NCBI GenBank assembly: GCA_951406725.2
Contig: OX597824.1
Location: forward strand, 10,168,001-10,232,000
DNA: 64,000 nt
Direction of reading: 5' to 3'
From: Octopus vulgaris
Taxonomy: Eukaryota
Position numbers and translations under genes: made by a program
Part shown: in pieces, positions 52,515-64,000 of the stretch
Layout of the letters: each line of letters opens with the position of its first letter
Numbering within the stretch: position 1 is the first letter of the stretch
Notes under the pieces: generated by a model
What the model saw: the letters and a program-made list of their open reading frames with translations, nothing else
Databases searched by the model: none
Told to the model about the DNA's origin: nothing

Positions 52515-54030
52515 TACAAATGTATTCATTTACTCAATGATGAAGCTTCTGATACTATGAAATTAATATCTACTACAACAATATGAGTGGAGGTGCATGG
52601 CTTAGTGGTTAGGGTGTCAGCATCATGATAGTAAGATTGTGGTTTCGATTCCTGGAGCGGGCGACACGTGTTCTTGAGTAAAACACTTCATTTCATGTTG
52701 CTCCAATCCACTCAGCAGGCAAAAATGAGTAACGCTGTGATGGACTGGTGCCCCATCCAGCTGGGGAACACATACCCCATTGAAACTGGGAAACTGGGCC
52801 CATGAGCTTGGCTAGGCTTTAAAAGGGCGCATTTATTATTATTATTTACAACAATATGTAGTACTTTTGTTGTTGTTGTTGTTAAACATTTGAACATATG
52901 TGGACACATAACTGGCATTCCATCGGTTATGATAACGAGGGTTCCAGTTGATCTAATCAACAGAACAGCCTGCTCATGAAGTTAACATACAAGTGGCTGA
53001 GTATTCCACAGACACATATACCCTTAATGTAAGTTCTCAGGGAGATTCAGTGTGACAGAATGTGATGAGGTTGATATTTTGAATTAGAAGACAATGCATT
53101 TTTGGCAGCTAAGTAGACCAGAGCAATGCAAAATAAATCATATCTTCGTTAAGGACTCAACGCCCCACCGCATGTGACTTAATCACTAAGTCACATACCT
53201 TTGCATATATACAAATATACATATACATAAATGTGTGTGTGTGTGTGCATTTGTGTGTGTACTCACAAATACACACACACACATGAGTATGCTCACACAC
53301 AGACATGCACACACACACACACACACACACACATGCAGAGGTGTGGAGCAGGTGTAATTTTATTCACGGCTATAATTATGAATATATATAAATTTATTCA
53401 GCTGTAACGAACCCAGATAATTTGATTTTGACTGACTGGATTTAATTACATATTCATACATAAATATCAGGGGGTACCCAAAAATAACTAGCAATGTTCT
53501 CTGTGGAACAATCCCAGTTTTCGCCAATCTTCCACCACAAGAAGCAGTTTGTGACGTCCTGTACCCATATATATACATATATATAAATATATGCAAAAAC
53601 AAAAATATAGATATATATATATATATTTATACTCCTTCCAGCAGGTCAGATGTACTGTTATGGCCATCTCCTATGTGTTTAAATGTACACTGTATTGTTA
53701 GGAGACCCCTTATGCTTGAAGAGACCTATTGAGTCAAGTACATCAACATCAAAAAATCAAATGGAAATTGTAGTTGTAATACCTGTGCTGGTGGCATGTA
53801 AAAAGCACCAACCGATTGTGGCCATTGCCAGCCTCGCCTAGCACTTGTGCCGGTGGCACGTAAAAAGCACCCACTACACTCACTGAGTGGTTGGCATTAG
53901 GAAGGGCATCCAGCTGTAGAAACACTGCCAAATCAGACTGGAGCCTTGTGCAGCCTCCTGGCTTCCCAGACCTCAGTCGAACCATCCAACCCATGCTAGC
54001 ATGGAAAACAGAGGCTAAACGATGATGATG

Positions 54031-54069
<39 letters not shown>

Positions 54070-54191
54070 GTATATCAAGAAAAGAATGAGGATTATTTTA
54101 TATGTTATAAAATAGAGCAAACAGTAAACATTTGTCATTATAGTACTCAGAGTATCGAATGTCAGAGCAAAGAGCTTCGATACATTCTCGT

Positions 54192-54395
54192 CGGCTGTTT
54201 CTCCTTTCCATACCCACTGTCTTTGGAGCTTGACATTTTTATAGAGAACCCATTTCTCATCATCAGTTACTATTCAGTCCAAAAAAGGTTCATTCATGAG
54301 ATGTGACAGCAAAGAAGAGCACACATTCACTCTCTGCGCATGATTAGACTCGGAAAATTTGTGAGGAACCCATTGACCCCAATTTGCTGATTTTT
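54192..54395 (-). mobile_element. Mariner transposase fragment
   Basis: SKLGQWVPHKFSE...PFLD*IVTDDEKWVLYKNVKLQRQW. Confidence 0.8.
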
Positions 54396-54940
54396 TTGAT
54401 AGCATTGAAGTTACATTACCTAGTGTACTAAATGGGTGAAGGTAAAGACATATTTTACCATTAATTTATATAGCAATAAGAAAATTGAGGGGATCAATAG
54501 GTGGTTTATCAACATTTAGACATTATATTATGTTAACTTAATTATTTATTTACTAAACTGATAATAACAATAATATACATACATATAACATGTAACATAT
54601 AACATATATATATATATAATATAATTTAAAGTAAACAGAAAATGGGGAAATATTGATCAACAATAATTTTCTTGAGATGCAGTCTATTTGCATTGAATTA
54701 AAAAAAAATAATTGATAATTGTTGCTGATCAATATTTCTCCATTTTCTGTTTACTTAAAATTTGATTCCTGATAAACTCGTGTTTATCTCTGTCATTACC
54801 TGTAATCTATGAGCATAATATGCTTGCATGTGTATGTCCAGGGTTAACATAGGTAATTATACCGGTAGCATAATGCATACTACTTAAACAGTTATTCCAA
54901 GCTCTAACTCTATTAACCTATACATGTGTATATATATGTG

Positions 54941-54979
<39 letters not shown>

Positions 54980-54981
54980 TG

Positions 54982-55026
<45 letters not shown>

Positions 55027-55268
55027 AAGCGTGTGGCTTAGTGGTTAGGGTGTCAGCACCATAATCGTAAGCTTGTGGTTTCAATTCCTGGACCAGGCAA
55101 CGCGTTGTGTTCTTGAGCAAAACACTTCATTTCACTTTCCTCCAGTCCACTCAGCTGGCAAAAATGAGTAACACTGCGATGGACTGGCGTCCCGTCCAGC
55201 TGGAGAACACGTACGCCATAGAAACCGGGAAACTGGCATGGCTTTAAAAGGGCGCATTTATTTTTGTT

Positions 55269-55455
<187 letters not shown>

Positions 55456-56696
55456 ATATGTATGTATAAAGGAAAGAACAAATAGACTCAAAAGTAAAAG
55501 GGTATACAGTTCAACAGCTAATGACCACTACATTTTATTTTTCACACATGAGGAATGCCTAAGCCTAGAATTGGTAGTATACCATAATACTGCTGGCTAT
55601 CTGATAATTCTAAGGGTGAATGAGTTCTATTTTGTACTCTAATACGTTCTTAATGGAATACACCTCAACTATGTTATGTGTGTGTGTGTATACAGGTACG
55701 TACATTATTTACATTAGATGGATATTTGTCCTCATCTTGTTAGTTGTTAACACAACATTTAGGCTGATGTACTCTCCAGCCTTCATCACCTGGTGGAACT
55801 TCAAACCTTTTGTATCTTTTCGGAGAGGCCTTTCACATAAGGTAGACAGACTGTGGTCAGTTTCTGGGTTTCATCTTCTCTTCTCTTCATAATTGGAGAG
55901 GATAGTATGTTTTTGGGGTAGTTGTTGCTTAATAGATTGTTACATAGTTTGATCATTTCTTTGTGGTGTGTATCAGGATCACTACTTATATTCTTTGCTC
56001 AATGTGATCAAGCTAAGTAACAATCTATTAAGCAACAACTACCCCCAAAACATACTATCCTGTCCAAATATGAACAGAAGAGAGGCTGAAACCCATAAAC
56101 TGACCACAGTCTGTCTATCCTATGTGAAAGGCATCTCCGAAAATATACAAAAGATATGCGGCCCATATGATATCAGGACAGTATTCAAGAGTAATACAAC
56201 ACTTTGTAAATATCTCCTTTGAGTAAAACCACCAATAGAATAGAATATGACCAAAGACTGCGTGTACTCCACCCCATGCAGCTGTGGTAGGTTATACAAA
56301 GGCAAAATATGCTGCCACCTCAAAATAAGGGTAGAAGAACATCGCAAAGCTGTGGCATGGGGAGATATTGATAAATCGGGTATAGCTGATCATGTATGAA
56401 AAAACGGAGACCACCTCCCCCTGTGGGATGAAGTTAAAATAATAGACAGAGAACACCACTGGTAAATACGAAAACTATAAGAGGCAGCACATATGCTAGG
56501 ACATAATAACCTCGTAAGCAGACATAATGCAGATATGAGTAGCATATTGGAACCGGTATTAAAGAAGGATAGGAGAATATTAGATCTATGAACCCTAAAA
56601 TTCACTCCATAATTGCCCACAGGCATATGGTGTAGTGGTTAAGAGCACAGGCTACTAACCCCAAGATTCCAAGTTCGATTAATAATAATAATAATT

Positions 56697-57120
56697 AAGG
56701 CCAACAGACCAGATATAGTTGTCAGAGATCATGAAGAAAAAAAATGCTTTCTAATTGATGTATCAATACCGGCAGATGACAACGTGTCTCTAAAAGAAAT
56801 GGAGAAACTTTCAAAATACAAAGACCTGGAAATAGAGGTAACCAGAATGTGGAATCTAAAAACAGAAACAATTCCTATCATAGTAGGTGCATTAGGCATG
56901 ATAAAATAATATTCAGACAAATACATAACAAAAACACCAGGACTTACAAACACATATAACATACAGAAAATTGCACTACTAGGCACTACACACATCCTAC
57001 GCAGAACACTTTCCATACAATAACCATCAGAGCATCACAACAAATCACAGCACATACCCAAGGCACACAGAGCTGCGCTCGGTAGTGAAGTGAAAGCACG
57101 CTATAAAAATAAAACTACTG
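56697..57120 (+). mobile_element. 3' end of R4/Dong-like RLE non-LTR retrotransposon inserted in (AAT)n
   Basis: RPDIVVRDHEEKKCFLIDVSIPADDNVSLKEMEKLSKYKDL...MWN...IPIIVGALG...IQKIALLGTTHILRRTL: a PD-(D/E)xK restriction-like endonuclease. (AAT)n on both sides. Confidence 0.85.
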
Positions 57121-57141
57121 AATAATAATAATAACAATAAC

Positions 57142-57222
<81 letters not shown>

Positions 57223-57324
57223 AAGAAGAAGAAGAAGAAGAAGAGGAAGGATGATGATGATGATAATAATAATAACATCGGAAAAATATCTTAGGAATGG
57301 AACCCAGGTTCATAATTCCACAAG

Positions 57325-57370
57325 GACACCTGATGAAGGCTGGAGAATACATCAGCTGAAACGTTATGTT
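57325..57370 (+). ncRNA. Hammerhead ribozyme, same family as 13893 (degenerate minus-strand copies at 46475-46520 and 55749-55792)
   Basis: gacac-CTGATGA-aggctg...cagct-GAAA-cg-TT-atgtt. Confidence 0.7.
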
Positions 57371-57817
57371 AACAACAAACAAGATGAGGGCAAATATCCG
57401 TCAAATGTAAGTAATGTACTTAATTCCTCATCTCTCAAATATAGAACTATACACATACATACATATACACAGACATATATGCATGTATGTCTGTTGATAT
57501 GTATTTATAATGTGTATGGGTGTGTGTTTGCGTTTATGTGCATGCATAGCATACATGTGTTAGTGTATTGATGAATTTTATCAATACGTATTACTATCAT
57601 GATTGAATTAATTGATACACAATATCATTTCATAATTGATTGATGAAATATTGATTTCATCACCCCCTCAGAGAGATAGATAAAAAACAATCAAAATATA
57701 CCCTAACAGTGCCAGCTTTTGTTTTGTTTTTCGTTGTCTCTTTTCTTTTTTTTTTTTTTTGTAATTATATTTGTGCTTGTATTTGAAATTTCATTTAAAC
57801 CTTTAATACATGCAGAA

Positions 57818-57902
<85 letters not shown>

Positions 57903-58045
57903 CAGACAGACAAACAGACAGACAGACAGTGACAGAAACAGACAGACAGATATAGTTATAAATATAAATAAACAAGTAAATTGATAAAAGAAAATATATA
58001 CATATAAATATATATTAGATATATATATATATATATATATATATG

Positions 58046-58081
<36 letters not shown>

Positions 58082-58104
58082 CAAAGAGAGACAGACAGAC
58101 AGAC

Positions 58105-58141
<37 letters not shown>

Positions 58142-58587
58142 GACAGACAGACAGACAGTGACAGAGACAGACAGACAGACAGTGACAGAGACAGACAGAC
58201 AGACAGAAACAAAGAGAGACAGACAGACAGTGACAGAGACAGACAGACACAGAGAGAGACAGACAGACAGAGTTATGAATATAAATAAACAAGTAAAATA
58301 ATAAAAGAAAATATATACATATAAATATATATTAGATAGATAGATAGATGGATGGATGGATGGATGGATAGATATTTATATATAGATGCATATATAAGAT
58401 ATACATAAATAATACATATACACATACATATATATATATGTATGTATATTTCTTTTAATTGTTTCATTCTTTGGACTGCAACCATGCTGGGACGCCACCT
58501 TAACTGGTTTAGCCAAACGAATGGACCCCAGTATATGTACACACACACACACACACACTCACACACTCACTCATTTATATATGTATA

Positions 58588-58624
<37 letters not shown>

Positions 58625-59035
58625 ACGTGCGTATGTATTAAAGAGAAAAATAACAGCTTTTAGTTGTTGTATAAATTAAAGGTGTTACCTTATTGGTACA
58701 GCTGGGAGGCGAAATCTGTAAGGATCTGCAAGATGAAGCAAGTGGAATGAGAAGAAGCAGCAGACTCGAGTGACTGATTGAACAAACCATGATGTGAGTT
58801 AAAGCCGAAATGCTGTGTTAGGAATTAGATATTTAATAACACCTAAAAATCCTTCAACCACTACGATTGGCCTAAATTTTCCTGACATATTTACATTCAG
58901 ATCAGGAAGAAATAAATTTCTACAATCTATTTACTTTTCTCTCATGTTTTTCTTAACAGTCTATCAATCCTTTCTTTACTCAGAAAATTTTTAAATCAAT
59001 TTTTTTTTTTTAATTTCTTTTATCTTTTATCTTTC

Positions 59036-59426
59036 ACTAGCAGTATCGCCCGGCGTTGCTCGGGTTTGTTTCGACCCTTTAGAATTGGAATTTTTGAAAA
59101 GTAAAAATTTTGCATTATGTAGCTTGTTATTCTCTTTAAGTGAACATTTTTCTCGTTGAAATACACCGAGAAAGGGTGACACAGCAGTAAAAAAATCGTA
59201 AAAAATAGGGATTTTCATAGAAAAAAAAAGTACCTTTTTGATGTAAATAATTTTGGGTGTTAACATGGTCCGATTTGAATTTTTTCTTCCATGGAATGAA
59301 GAGCAAGTCTTCTTCTATCATACTCTCGATTTTGGTCAACTTGCACCGCAGGGTCTCGGAGGAGATAGTGTTAGTTGAAGGCTACCAAACCTGCCATACA
59401 CAGACAACTTCAGCTTTATATAGAGA
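59036..59426 (-). mobile_element. Non-autonomous Helitron, copy 3
   Basis: Near-identical to 18006-18397; intact CCCGAGCAACGCCGGG...CTAGT end. Confidence 0.75.
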
Positions 59427-60070
59427 TTTATTTATTTATTTATTTGGATGCCAAATATTCTGCTCCGCTTGCTTGAGTAAAATTCTTGAAACACAAAACT
59501 AAAGTCAGGATGAATGACACAAACTCTCAGACAGACATCTCCTTTCTTTTTTAATCAATCTAATATCCCAAATATGAAACTTCTAAAGAAATCCTCAGGT
59601 TTGAACAAAGTTAATGTGGTGTTTGAAAGTACTAGAAATAACAGTCATATATCCTTCAAATCATATCTTACATCTTAAATATGGAATAAATACATTAAAA
59701 ACTGAAGCCCTACACAGCCCTAAAAAACAGGGCTTTTAGAGTTGACTGATCATTGCACTACCTCAGCAACTGCATGGTTTCTTATCTCTTTATTGCCCAC
59801 AAGGGGCTAAACATAAACGGGACAAACAAGGACAGAGAAAGGGATTAAGTCGATTACATTGACCCCAGTGCATAACTGGTACTTAATTTATCGACCCCAA
59901 AAGGATGAAAAGCAAAATCGATCTCGGCAGAATTTGAACTCAGAAACATGGAAACGTATAAGATTATCCATCAGACTATATCCCTTTTGATGATTGATCT
60001 ATGAATGACAAAAAAACTTTATAATTATTAAAAGTAAAAGATAACCTAATTCTCTAAAATGGCTACTTAC

Positions 60071-60199
60071 GTGTTCCAAATTACCCACCAAAAACATAAC
60101 CCCATCAGTCAGAAAATGTAACCATCCTAATTGAAGAACCAACATCAACATCATCGAAAGTTCAACATATGAATTTGAGTCAGGCCAAATTTTCATCAT
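60071..60199 (-). CDS. Probable first coding exon with signal-peptide-like sequence (ends phase 0)
   Basis: MMKIWPDSNSYVELSMMLMLVLQLGWLHFLTDGVMFLVGNLEH ends at a CAC|GTAAGT donor in unique sequence. Linkage to the 16263-4553 exons is inferred from strand and phase only. Confidence 0.55.
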
Positions 60200-60524
60200 A
60201 AACAGTCATTTCACTTGTGCATCGAGGAATTTAATTTATGTTATCAAATACAGCAGGTAACAAATCTAAGACCCCACAACTAGGAAAATTCCTGTGAGTA
60301 AACATCTAAATTTGTGTCCTGTGAACAAACATCCAAAATACCACATTTCCACCCTATATCAATGCATTAGAAATAATTCTGCCAAATTAGATTAAAATAG
60401 GAAAATAAGAAAAATATGTTTAATAAGAAATATAAAATATAAATAAGGAAATGATAACTAAATATAACAACATGCTAGAATGAGAAAATTCAGTTTATTC
60501 ACCAAAAAACAACTGAAAACAAAA

Positions 60525-60888
60525 ACAAGAGTACTCAGAGCACAGACCTCTGCCAAGGCAACACCAACTTCCTCTCAATGATTAGCCAGAGATGATTTTT
60601 GAAATGAGAATATCTGAAATAAACTCGACTGCTCTCACAAATGAGAATACTAAAAATGAACCCGACCACTCTCAAAAATTAAGTAAAGAAACCGGAAAAA
60701 TAATCCAGAATTCTTGCCCGGTACCGGATCAATCTCAAAATCTTATCAGTTTGTGCCAGTCATGAGGCCAAACATCCCTGAAAGTTTTATTCGAATCTGT
60801 TCAGTAGTTCTTGAGATATCTTGTCCATGAACAAACAAACAAACACAACTGAAAACAATACTTCCACTTTCGCTAAGGCAGAGGTAAT
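60525..60888 (-). mobile_element. Helentron-associated (HINE/DINE-like) element; second copy at 49517-49854
   Basis: Subterminal inverted repeat acctctgcc / ggcagaggt, internal (CAAA)n, short terminal hairpin. Confidence 0.55.
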
Positions 60889-61048
60889 AAATTGGAAGTT
60901 GAAATCCTATCTTCAAATTGTTGTACAATTACACATTGCTCTTTCTCAACACTATTTGGTGGTCACCCATGACTTAACCAGTTAGATATTTATTGCTGGT
61001 CAAAACCAGATACTCAGGAAAAAAGAAAGAAATATTCAGCTGACTTAA

Positions 61049-61267
61049 CCCTTTAGTATTTAAACCGGCCATATCCGGCCAAAATAGTTAATCTGTTTTA
61101 TGTTCAAACTGACCAGATCCAGGCTCTCACACCTACCCTACAATGTTATTCTACATTAAGTAATTACACCATCAAAATCTTGAAGATATGAGATAATGCA
61201 TGATTAATTCGAATCAATGGGAATCAATAGGCATTATGTTTGATAGAATAATCTGAACACTAAAGGG
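61049..61267. mobile_element. piggyBac-type MITE
   Basis: TTAA-CCCTTTAG...CTAAAGGG-TTAA. Confidence 0.8.
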
Positions 61268-61414
61268 TTAAGGCAAGTGACATCATCAGGGAATCAACCA
61301 ACTGGAACACTGGATGGCTGTCAGACAAAAACAAGGTACCAAGAGATTTGACAAACAAATGACACAGGTAAGACAATCCAGCCATCTGACCACTGACCCA
61401 CTGCTGGTCAAACA

Positions 61415-61415
<1 letters not shown>

Positions 61416-61457
<42 letters not shown>

Positions 61458-61830
61458 GTTTAACGTCCGTTTTCCGAGCTAGCACAGGTTGGACGGTTCG
61501 ACCGGAGTCTGGGAAGCCATGGAGGCTGCACCAGGCTCCAGTCTGATCCGGCAGTGTTTCTACAGCTGGATGCCCTTCCTAATGCCAACCACTCCGTGAG
61601 TGTAGTGGGTGCTTTTTACATGCCACTGGCACAGGTGCCAGAGGAGGCTGGCAGCGGTCACGATTGGTTGGTGCTTTTTATGTGCCCCGGCACAGAAGCC
61701 AGTCAAGGCGCTGCTGGCATCGGCCACGTTCGGATGGTGCTTTTTACGTGCCACTGGCACAGGTGCCAGAGGAGGCTGGCATCAGCCACGTTCAGATGGT
61801 GCTTTTTATGTGCCACCAGCACAGGTATCA
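61416..61830 (-). repeat. (ATG)n-tailed interspersed repeat family D (other copies include 1-90, 3185-3280, 3935-4083, 9810-10100, 12400-12800, 20390-20820, 22610-22985, 43370-44165, 48855-49090, 53700-54030, 62038-62490)
   Basis: Shared ggttggcgttaggaagggcatccagctgtagaaa...catgctagcatggaaaacggacgttaaac(GAT)n with variable internal gtgccaccggcac subrepeats. Probably an RTE-mobilised SINE or tail. Confidence 0.8.
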
Positions 61831-63411
61831 TAAACTCAGTTGATAAATAAATGATGTCACCAGGAAGTCAACCAACCAGAATGCTGGACAACTGCCAAAC
61901 CAAAATATGTAACCAGAACATTGGAAAAACAAGTGATAGGCAGTTGGCCAACTAAAATACAAAACCACAGGCAGACAAAAGCAACTGATGTCACTGAATT
62001 TGTAACCAATTAGAACTTGGACCTATATCTTAAACATCTCATCATCATCGTTTAACATCTGCTTTCCATGCTAGCATGGGTTGGACGATTTGACTGAGAA
62101 CTGGTGAACCAGATGGCTGCACCAGGCTCCAATCTGATCTGGCAGAGTTTCTACAGCTGGCTGCCCTTCCTAACACCAACCACTCTGAGAGTGTAGTGGG
62201 TGCTTTTACGTGCCACTGGCACGAGGGCTAGTTAGGCGGTACTGGCAACGACCACGCTCAAATGATGTTTTTTACGTGCCACCTGCACAGGAGCCAGTCC
62301 AGCAGCACTGGCAATGACCTTGCTCGAATGTTTTGTTCACGTGCCACCGGAACAAGTGCCAGTAAGGTGACACTGGTAATGATCATGCTCGAATGGTGCT
62401 TTTTACATGCCACCGGCACAGAAGCCAGTTAGCTGGTCTGGCAACGATCATGCTCGGATGGTGCTCTTAGCGCTCCACTAGCTTGAGCTAACAATTTCAC
62501 CTTAAAACAGTTCAAGCTCTCACCAACAAAACCAGTGACAAAGAATTCTCCTTTAAACATTATGACAAAAATTGGGAAAAAGTCACTTTCTCTAATCTTT
62601 TTTTGTCTTTCTCTTTTGAAACTTAATCATATCTTATTCTTAAGATGGCTCATTGCTTTGAACCTACTGAACTCACAATCATGTGTGATTGTTATGAAAT
62701 TCATCGAACATTTGAACTTTCATTATTTTCTAAAACTGTGAAATTTATTGAATATTAGAGTTTGTATGAATATTCGATTTTTTTTTTAAGTATGTTTTAC
62801 TGAATTCTCTTTTGTACCACTAATCTCTTCTAAATTCTTTATATTTACCGTTGAAGTATTTAATAATATGCTTAAAACATTTAAAACTATGATTCAGTTT
62901 GAGATTCAGGTGCATTTTCTACTCCAAAACCAACTCTCCTCTGTGTGTGTGCATGCGTGTGTGTGTGTGTGTGTGTGCACATGCGTGTGTAAGTGTTTAT
63001 TGCTCAAGACAAAGTTGATTTATGTCTACATAAAGAGTAGATTCTGTGCAAGCACAGACATAGATACTCAGAAACAAACTATAAGTCTTTACATTGTCAC
63101 TTGACTTGTTAGAGAAAGCAGTCAAATCATACCCTACTGTCTAGAAACAACAACAAAAAAAAGATATATATATAACATAATCTGGGCTCCCACTACAAGG
63201 TCCAGTCCTTGTGCAGTGGTAGCCCGTGGACCTCAATGATTCTGAGAACTATGCCAGTGCAGCACAAGTTCCAGGTAGGACCTCCCATGTTGGACAGGTC
63301 AAAGGTTAGAAGCCAGAGTAAAAATTGACCAGCTCTTCCCAATGGTAAAAATAGGTCTGTGTAGGGTAACAACACTACCTAGAGAAAAGCAAAGTTATAA
63401 AAGTGTCAATA

Positions 63412-63579
63412 GCAGGAGTGGCTGTGTGGTAAGTAGCTTGTTTACTAACCACATGGTTCTGGGTTCAGTCCCACTGCGTGGCACCTTGGGCAAGTGTCTT
63501 CTACTATAGCCTTGGGCCAATCAAAGCCTTGTGAGTGGATTTGGTAGACGGAAACTGAAAGAAGCCCGTCAAATGTATG

Positions 63580-63627
<48 letters not shown>

Positions 63628-63845
63628 TGTGTGTCTGTGTTTGTCCCCCTAGCATTGCTTGACAACCGATGCTGGTGTGTTTATGTCCCTGTCACTTAGC
63701 AGTTCGGGAAAAGAGACCGATAGAATAAGTACTGGGCTTACAAAAGAATAAGTCCCGGGGTCGAGTTGCTCGATTAAAGGCAGTGCTCCAGCATGGCCAC
63801 AGTCAAATGACTGAAACAAGTAAAAGAGTAAAAGAGTAAAGAGTA
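63412..63845 (+). mobile_element. SINE family C with internal (TA)n/(TG)n (other copies 31365-31780-, 34680-35005-, 38195-38600+, 42545-42895-, 44652-45040+, 50375-50650-, 51910-52362-)
   Basis: ggagtggctgtgtggtaagtagc head through gatttggtagacggaaactgaaagaagc and cagcatggccgcagtcaaatgactgaaac, ending in an (AGTAAAAG)n tail. Confidence 0.85.
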
Positions 63846-64000
63846 AGAGAGCAATTCAAAACCAATGAGTCATGGGAGAGGAAGGTTTTCCCTCAGGAAA
63901 ACATAGAAAGAGGTGCAACAAAACCATCAATGTTCAGTGTTACATGGCAGGCCCTAATCTGGAACCCACAAGAGAGGTGACAGAGAGGACACCCTAAAAT

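Larger units (their letters stand above)
55705..57445 (+). mobile_element. Truncated Penelope-like element with GIY-YIG endonuclease pseudogene, inverted 5' segment, tRNA-like insert and hammerhead pLTR
   Basis: 56100-56560 translates (with stops) VCLSYVKGISENIQK...DIRTVFK...VYSTPCSCGRLYKG...LKIRVEEHRKAV...SGIADH...WDEVKIIDRE...EAAHM. 55806-55960 is the reverse complement of 56000-56152. 55705-55805 is an inverted pLTR piece. Confidence 0.85.

Noticed and set aside
61600-62470. Regularly spaced gtgccac(t/c)ggcac repeats resembling a CRISPR array
   Set aside because: Internal subrepeats of a eukaryotic interspersed repeat; the spacers are mutually similar and there are no cas genes.

Overview
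AT-rich, microsatellite- and transposon-dense animal DNA. The SINE families and (TA)n/(CA)n/(ATG)n content suggest an octopus/cephalopod genome (inference from repeat recognition, not a search). Almost all ORF-track entries are microsatellite or repeat artefacts. I reconstructed by hand a spliced minus-strand gene: seven phase-compatible GT-AG exons at 16263-4553, plus a probable signal-peptide exon at 60199-60071. It encodes an orphan single-pass membrane protein with a Cys-containing, potentially N-glycosylated ectodomain, a recently tandem-duplicated Thr-rich stalk exon and a Tyr-motif tail. The main hidden signal is RNA structure: about ten canonical minimal type-I hammerhead ribozymes (CUGANGA...GAAA, palindromic helix III, UH triplet), plus degenerate and non-canonical copies. 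They lie in several sequence-unrelated, often fold-back elements next to (TA)n or (AAT)n tracts. Two of these elements are attached to Penelope-like GIY-YIG ORF ends, and one family carries a tRNA-like Pol III head. Also present: mariner/Tc1 remnants, piggyBac-type MITEs, Helitron- and Helentron-type non-autonomous elements, CR1-like, RLE-type and Dong/R4-like LINE fragments, and many tRNA-SINEs. All alignments and folds were done by eye; repeat boundaries are approximate.
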